Positions 1 through 965 of a stretch of DNA of 965 nucleotides are shown piece after piece. The first letter of the stretch is position 1, and every line of letters starts with the position of its first letter. The stretch is from a phage: sequence record AF056273.1; one strand, written 5' to 3'. A program made the position numbers and the translations under genes. The notes beneath the pieces are model-generated. The model had not been told where the DNA came from. It made no database searches and saw only the letters and a list, made by a program, of their open reading frames with translations.

Positions 1-124
1 CATTTTGGNTTCCGACCATGGAAGTGGAAGGTGGCAGTTGNAATNACGCAAATTCTTTNTTCANNCAATTCCGTTTCGNATAGTTTTGCCCGAANTATAC
101 GGTTCGCCAATATTCGAAGGANCT

Positions 125-152
125 NCGAAATTATTCATCCGGTTCGTATAAT
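125..152 (+). promoter_or_regulatory. trc (trp/lac hybrid) promoter: degraded -35 (~125-130, read as ncgaaa for TTGACA) and intact -10 TATAAT (147-152)
   Basis: Spacer reads ttattcatccggttcg and contains CATCCGG, characteristic of trc rather than tac (CATCGG). The 16-nt spacer versus the expected 17 is attributable to a dropped base. Confidence 0.75.
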
Positions 153-155
153 GGT

Positions 156-183
156 GGATTGGAGCGGATAACATTTAACACAG
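156..183 (+). promoter_or_regulatory. lac operator (lacO1), vector-borne, read with errors
   Basis: ggattggagcggataacatttaacaca corresponds to GGAATTGTGAGCGGATAACAATTTCACACA. Confidence 0.75.
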
Positions 184-196
184 GAACAGACCATGG
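182..196 (+). promoter_or_regulatory. Vector RBS (AGGAAACAGACC) and NcoI site CCATGG carrying the vector start codon (ATG 193-195)
   Basis: caggaacagaccatgg at 181-196 matches the pTrc99A RBS and NcoI junction. The plus-strand ATG is followed by an immediate stop (ATG GAT TGA), so no plus-strand ORF is expressed from it in this read. Confidence 0.7.
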
Positions 197-214
197 ATTG
201 AGTTNNNANTATCN

Positions 215-422
215 TTAGTACGAAGAGAAGACANGGGATTTCATCATCTTTCGCTTTACGAATACGTTCACGTTTAATACGNTCAGCCAGATATTTATCT
301 TGGGCCGGATCAAATTCCATTGTACCCTGAANGTACGTGGTTCCTTTCTGACGAAGTTTCTCGTAATGAAGATAAAANTCACCAAATTTTTCGCACTGTG
401 CAATAATTTCAGCTTTAGTCAT
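215..422 (-). CDS. Small hypothetical protein (~68 aa), unidentified; 3' end lies at or near the vector-insert junction and needs one frameshift correction
   Basis: ATG at 422-420 is preceded by SD AAGGA with a 10-nt spacer. Codon usage is coherent (CGT, AAA, GAA). Translation: MTKAEIIAQCEKFG(D/E)FYLHYEKLRQKGTTYxQGTMEFDPAQDKYLA(D/E)RIKRERIRKAKDDEI. If the N at 234 is a spurious inserted base, the frame continues PVFSSY to TAA at 217-215. The 95-aa track ORF running on to 135 crosses the vector RBS and lacO and is an artifact of N-masked stops. Confidence 0.55.
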
Positions 423-431
423 AGCTATAGT

Positions 432-438
432 TCCTTTT
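432..438 (-). promoter_or_regulatory. Shine-Dalgarno sequence for the small ORF
   Basis: Minus-strand reading gives ...CAACAAAAGGAACTATAGCTATG, with AAGGA (plus 433-437) 10 nt upstream of the ATG. Confidence 0.55.
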
Positions 439-459
439 GTTGGTGGATTTATCTAAATA

Positions 460-669
460 TTACTTAGTGATAGCTCGGATTGCTTCTGCCAGATGANCAG
501 CCGCTTTACCGGTCAGTTTGTCGATAATTGCATCATCCAGAAAATCTGGTGCTAAGCCAGCATCAGAGAAAGCTGAACGAAGGTCGGCATGGGCTTGANC
601 TTTGGANGTACGAGAACCACCGGAAGCTTTTTCTCCCAGTAGATGCGCTAGATTTAGAAGCAGANCCAG
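460..669 (-). CDS. 3' end (C-terminal ~70 codons) of an unidentified upstream gene, truncated at its 5' side by the cloning junction
   Basis: Open minus-strand frame ending at TAA (462-460). Translation: ...LLLNLAHLLGEKASGGSRTSKxQAHADLRSAFSDAGLAPDFLDDAIIDKLTGKAAxHLAEAIRAITK*. Codon usage resembles a well-expressed enterobacterial or phage gene (GGT, CGT, GCT, CTG). The track ORF continuing to 960 is vector sequence read through N-masked stops. Confidence 0.5.
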   Translation of the reverse strand: MXLLLNLAHLLGEKASGGSRXSKXQAHADLRSAFSDAGLAPDFLDDAIIDKLTGKAAXHLAEAIRAITK

Positions 670-671
670 CA

Positions 672-706
672 GGGATCTNTAAATCAACTGCAGCATCCAA
701 CTTGCT
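672..706 (+). other. Vector polylinker remnant: BamHI-XbaI-SalI-PstI-SphI-HindIII, garbled by read errors
   Basis: gggatctntaaatcaactgcagcatccaacttgct corresponds to GGGGATCCTCTAGAGTCGACCTGCAGGCATGCAAGCTTGGCT. PstI CTGCAG is intact at 688-693. The following ttttgcggat matches GTTTTGGCGGAT of pTrc99A. Confidence 0.75.
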
Positions 707-775
707 NTTTTTGCGGATAAAAAAAATTTCNGNCGGATNNGATNAATCGGAACCCGAACGGCCGATAAAAAATTT

Positions 776-871
776 CCTGCCGCATACCCGTGTCCACCTA
801 ACCCTCCCAATCGAATTAAANCCNTCNCCAATTTATNNTGGTTTCCCTGCAAATTGGAACTCNCGCTCNAT
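776..871 (+). rRNA. rrfB: Vector-borne E. coli rrnB 5S rRNA gene segment (part of the rrnB T1T2 cassette), heavily degraded read
   Basis: cctgccgcatacccgtgtccacctaaccc corresponds to GCCTGGCGGCAGTAGCGCGGTGGTCCCACCTGACCCC, and ccctgcaaattggaactcncgctcnat corresponds to CCCATGCGAGAGTAGGGAACTGCCAGGCAT. Preceded by the rrnB leader (gatnaatcggaacccgaacggccgataaaaaattt for GATTAAATCAGAACGCAGAAGCGGTCTGATAAAACAGAATTT). Confidence 0.5.
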
Positions 872-915
872 NAAACAAAGCCCTNCAAAAAAGGCNTCCC
901 GTNCNGTNTTTTCGN
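872..915 (+). terminator. Probable rrnB T1 terminator of the vector, too degraded to resolve the hairpin
   Basis: Position immediately after the 5S segment; naaacaaagccc...ttttcg loosely matches AAATAAAACGAAAGGCTCAGTCGAAAGACTGGGCCTTTCGTTTTAT. Read quality here is very poor. Confidence 0.3.
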
Positions 916-965
916 AACCCCCCATTGAAAACCCCGAACANTNAATTTNAANNCGCCCAATTGGG

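Larger units (their letters stand above)
1..198 (+). other. Vector-derived sequence: region upstream of and including the trc promoter cassette of a pTrc99A/pKK233-2-family expression plasmid, read with many base-call errors
   Basis: Recalled vector sequence ...CACTCCCGTTCTGGATAATGTTTTTTGCGCCGACATCATAACGGTTCTGGCAAATATTCTGAAATGAGCTGTTGACAATTAATCATCCGGCTCGTATAATGTGTGGAATTGTGAGCGGATAACAATTTCACACAGGAAACAGACCATGG aligns colinearly with positions ~60-196, with scattered substitutions and dropped C/G bases. Match is from memory, not a database search. Confidence 0.8.

Noticed and set aside
17-22. A second CCATGG (NcoI) site near the start of the read
   Set aside because: It corresponds to vector sequence CCATCGGAAGCTGTGG read with a dropped base, so it is a base-calling artifact rather than a real NcoI site.
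359-385. Local resemblance of FGxFxLHY in the small ORF to the beta-strand region of IHF-beta/HU (GFGSFSLHY)
   Set aside because: A single short motif at a different position in the protein, with no similarity over the rest of the HU/IHF fold (no RNPxTG arm). Insufficient to call a DNA-binding protein.
215-403. 62-aa overlapping minus-strand ORF (MHSAKNLV...)
   Set aside because: An alternative frame embedded in the small ORF with an implausible low-complexity translation. Only its last ~6 codons (PVFSSY-stop) are likely real, as the post-frameshift tail of the main ORF.
135-422. 95-aa minus-strand ORF extending to position 135
   Set aside because: The portion below ~215 lies antisense across the vector NcoI site, RBS and lac operator. 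The extension is an artifact of N-masked stops and a probable spurious base at 234.
440-460. Phage T4 late-promoter-like motif (TAGATAAATC on the minus strand, resembling TATAAATA) in the intergenic spacer
   Set aside because: Not an exact match, lying in AT-rich intergenic sequence of an error-prone read. It cannot be distinguished from chance, and no independent evidence of T4-like origin could be confirmed.
199-671. Possibility that the insert encodes a novel or undescribed system
   Set aside because: The insert is under 500 bp, containing one gene tail and one small ORF in an artificial vector context, with no repeats, CRISPR-like arrays, toxin-antitoxin signatures or mobile-element ends visible. 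The sequence gives no support for such a claim.
719-726. Poly(A) run of 8 that could be taken for a slippery tract or insertion target
   Set aside because: It aligns to vector sequence GAGAGAAGATTTTC downstream of HindIII, with G miscalled as A. It is a read artifact.
460-960. 166-aa minus-strand ORF from the six-frame track
   Set aside because: Only ~460-669 is insert. The rest runs through vector polylinker, rrnB leader and 5S rRNA sequence and stays open only because N calls and read errors remove stops. The N-terminal ~95 residues are not a real protein.

Overview
This window is best read as a single-pass, error-prone Sanger-style read across a plasmid clone (many N calls and apparent dropped bases), not native genomic context. 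Positions ~1-198 match, from memory, the trc promoter cassette of pTrc99A/pKK233-2-type expression vectors (-35/-10, lac operator, RBS, NcoI ATG). Positions ~672-965 match the same vector family's polylinker (BamHI to HindIII) followed by the rrnB 5S rRNA/T1 terminator region. Between them lies an insert of roughly 450-470 bp (~200/215 to ~670) carrying two same-strand ORFs on the minus strand, i.e. antisense to Ptrc: the 3' end of an unidentified gene (about 70 codons) and, 37 nt downstream behind a good Shine-Dalgarno, a small ORF of about 68 codons. I cannot assign either product to a known family from the sequence alone. The long six-frame ORFs in the track are inflated because N calls mask stop codons and let them run into vector sequence. 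I see no support for a novel biological system here; the main content is a cloning construct, and the insert sequence itself is unreliable at single-base level.
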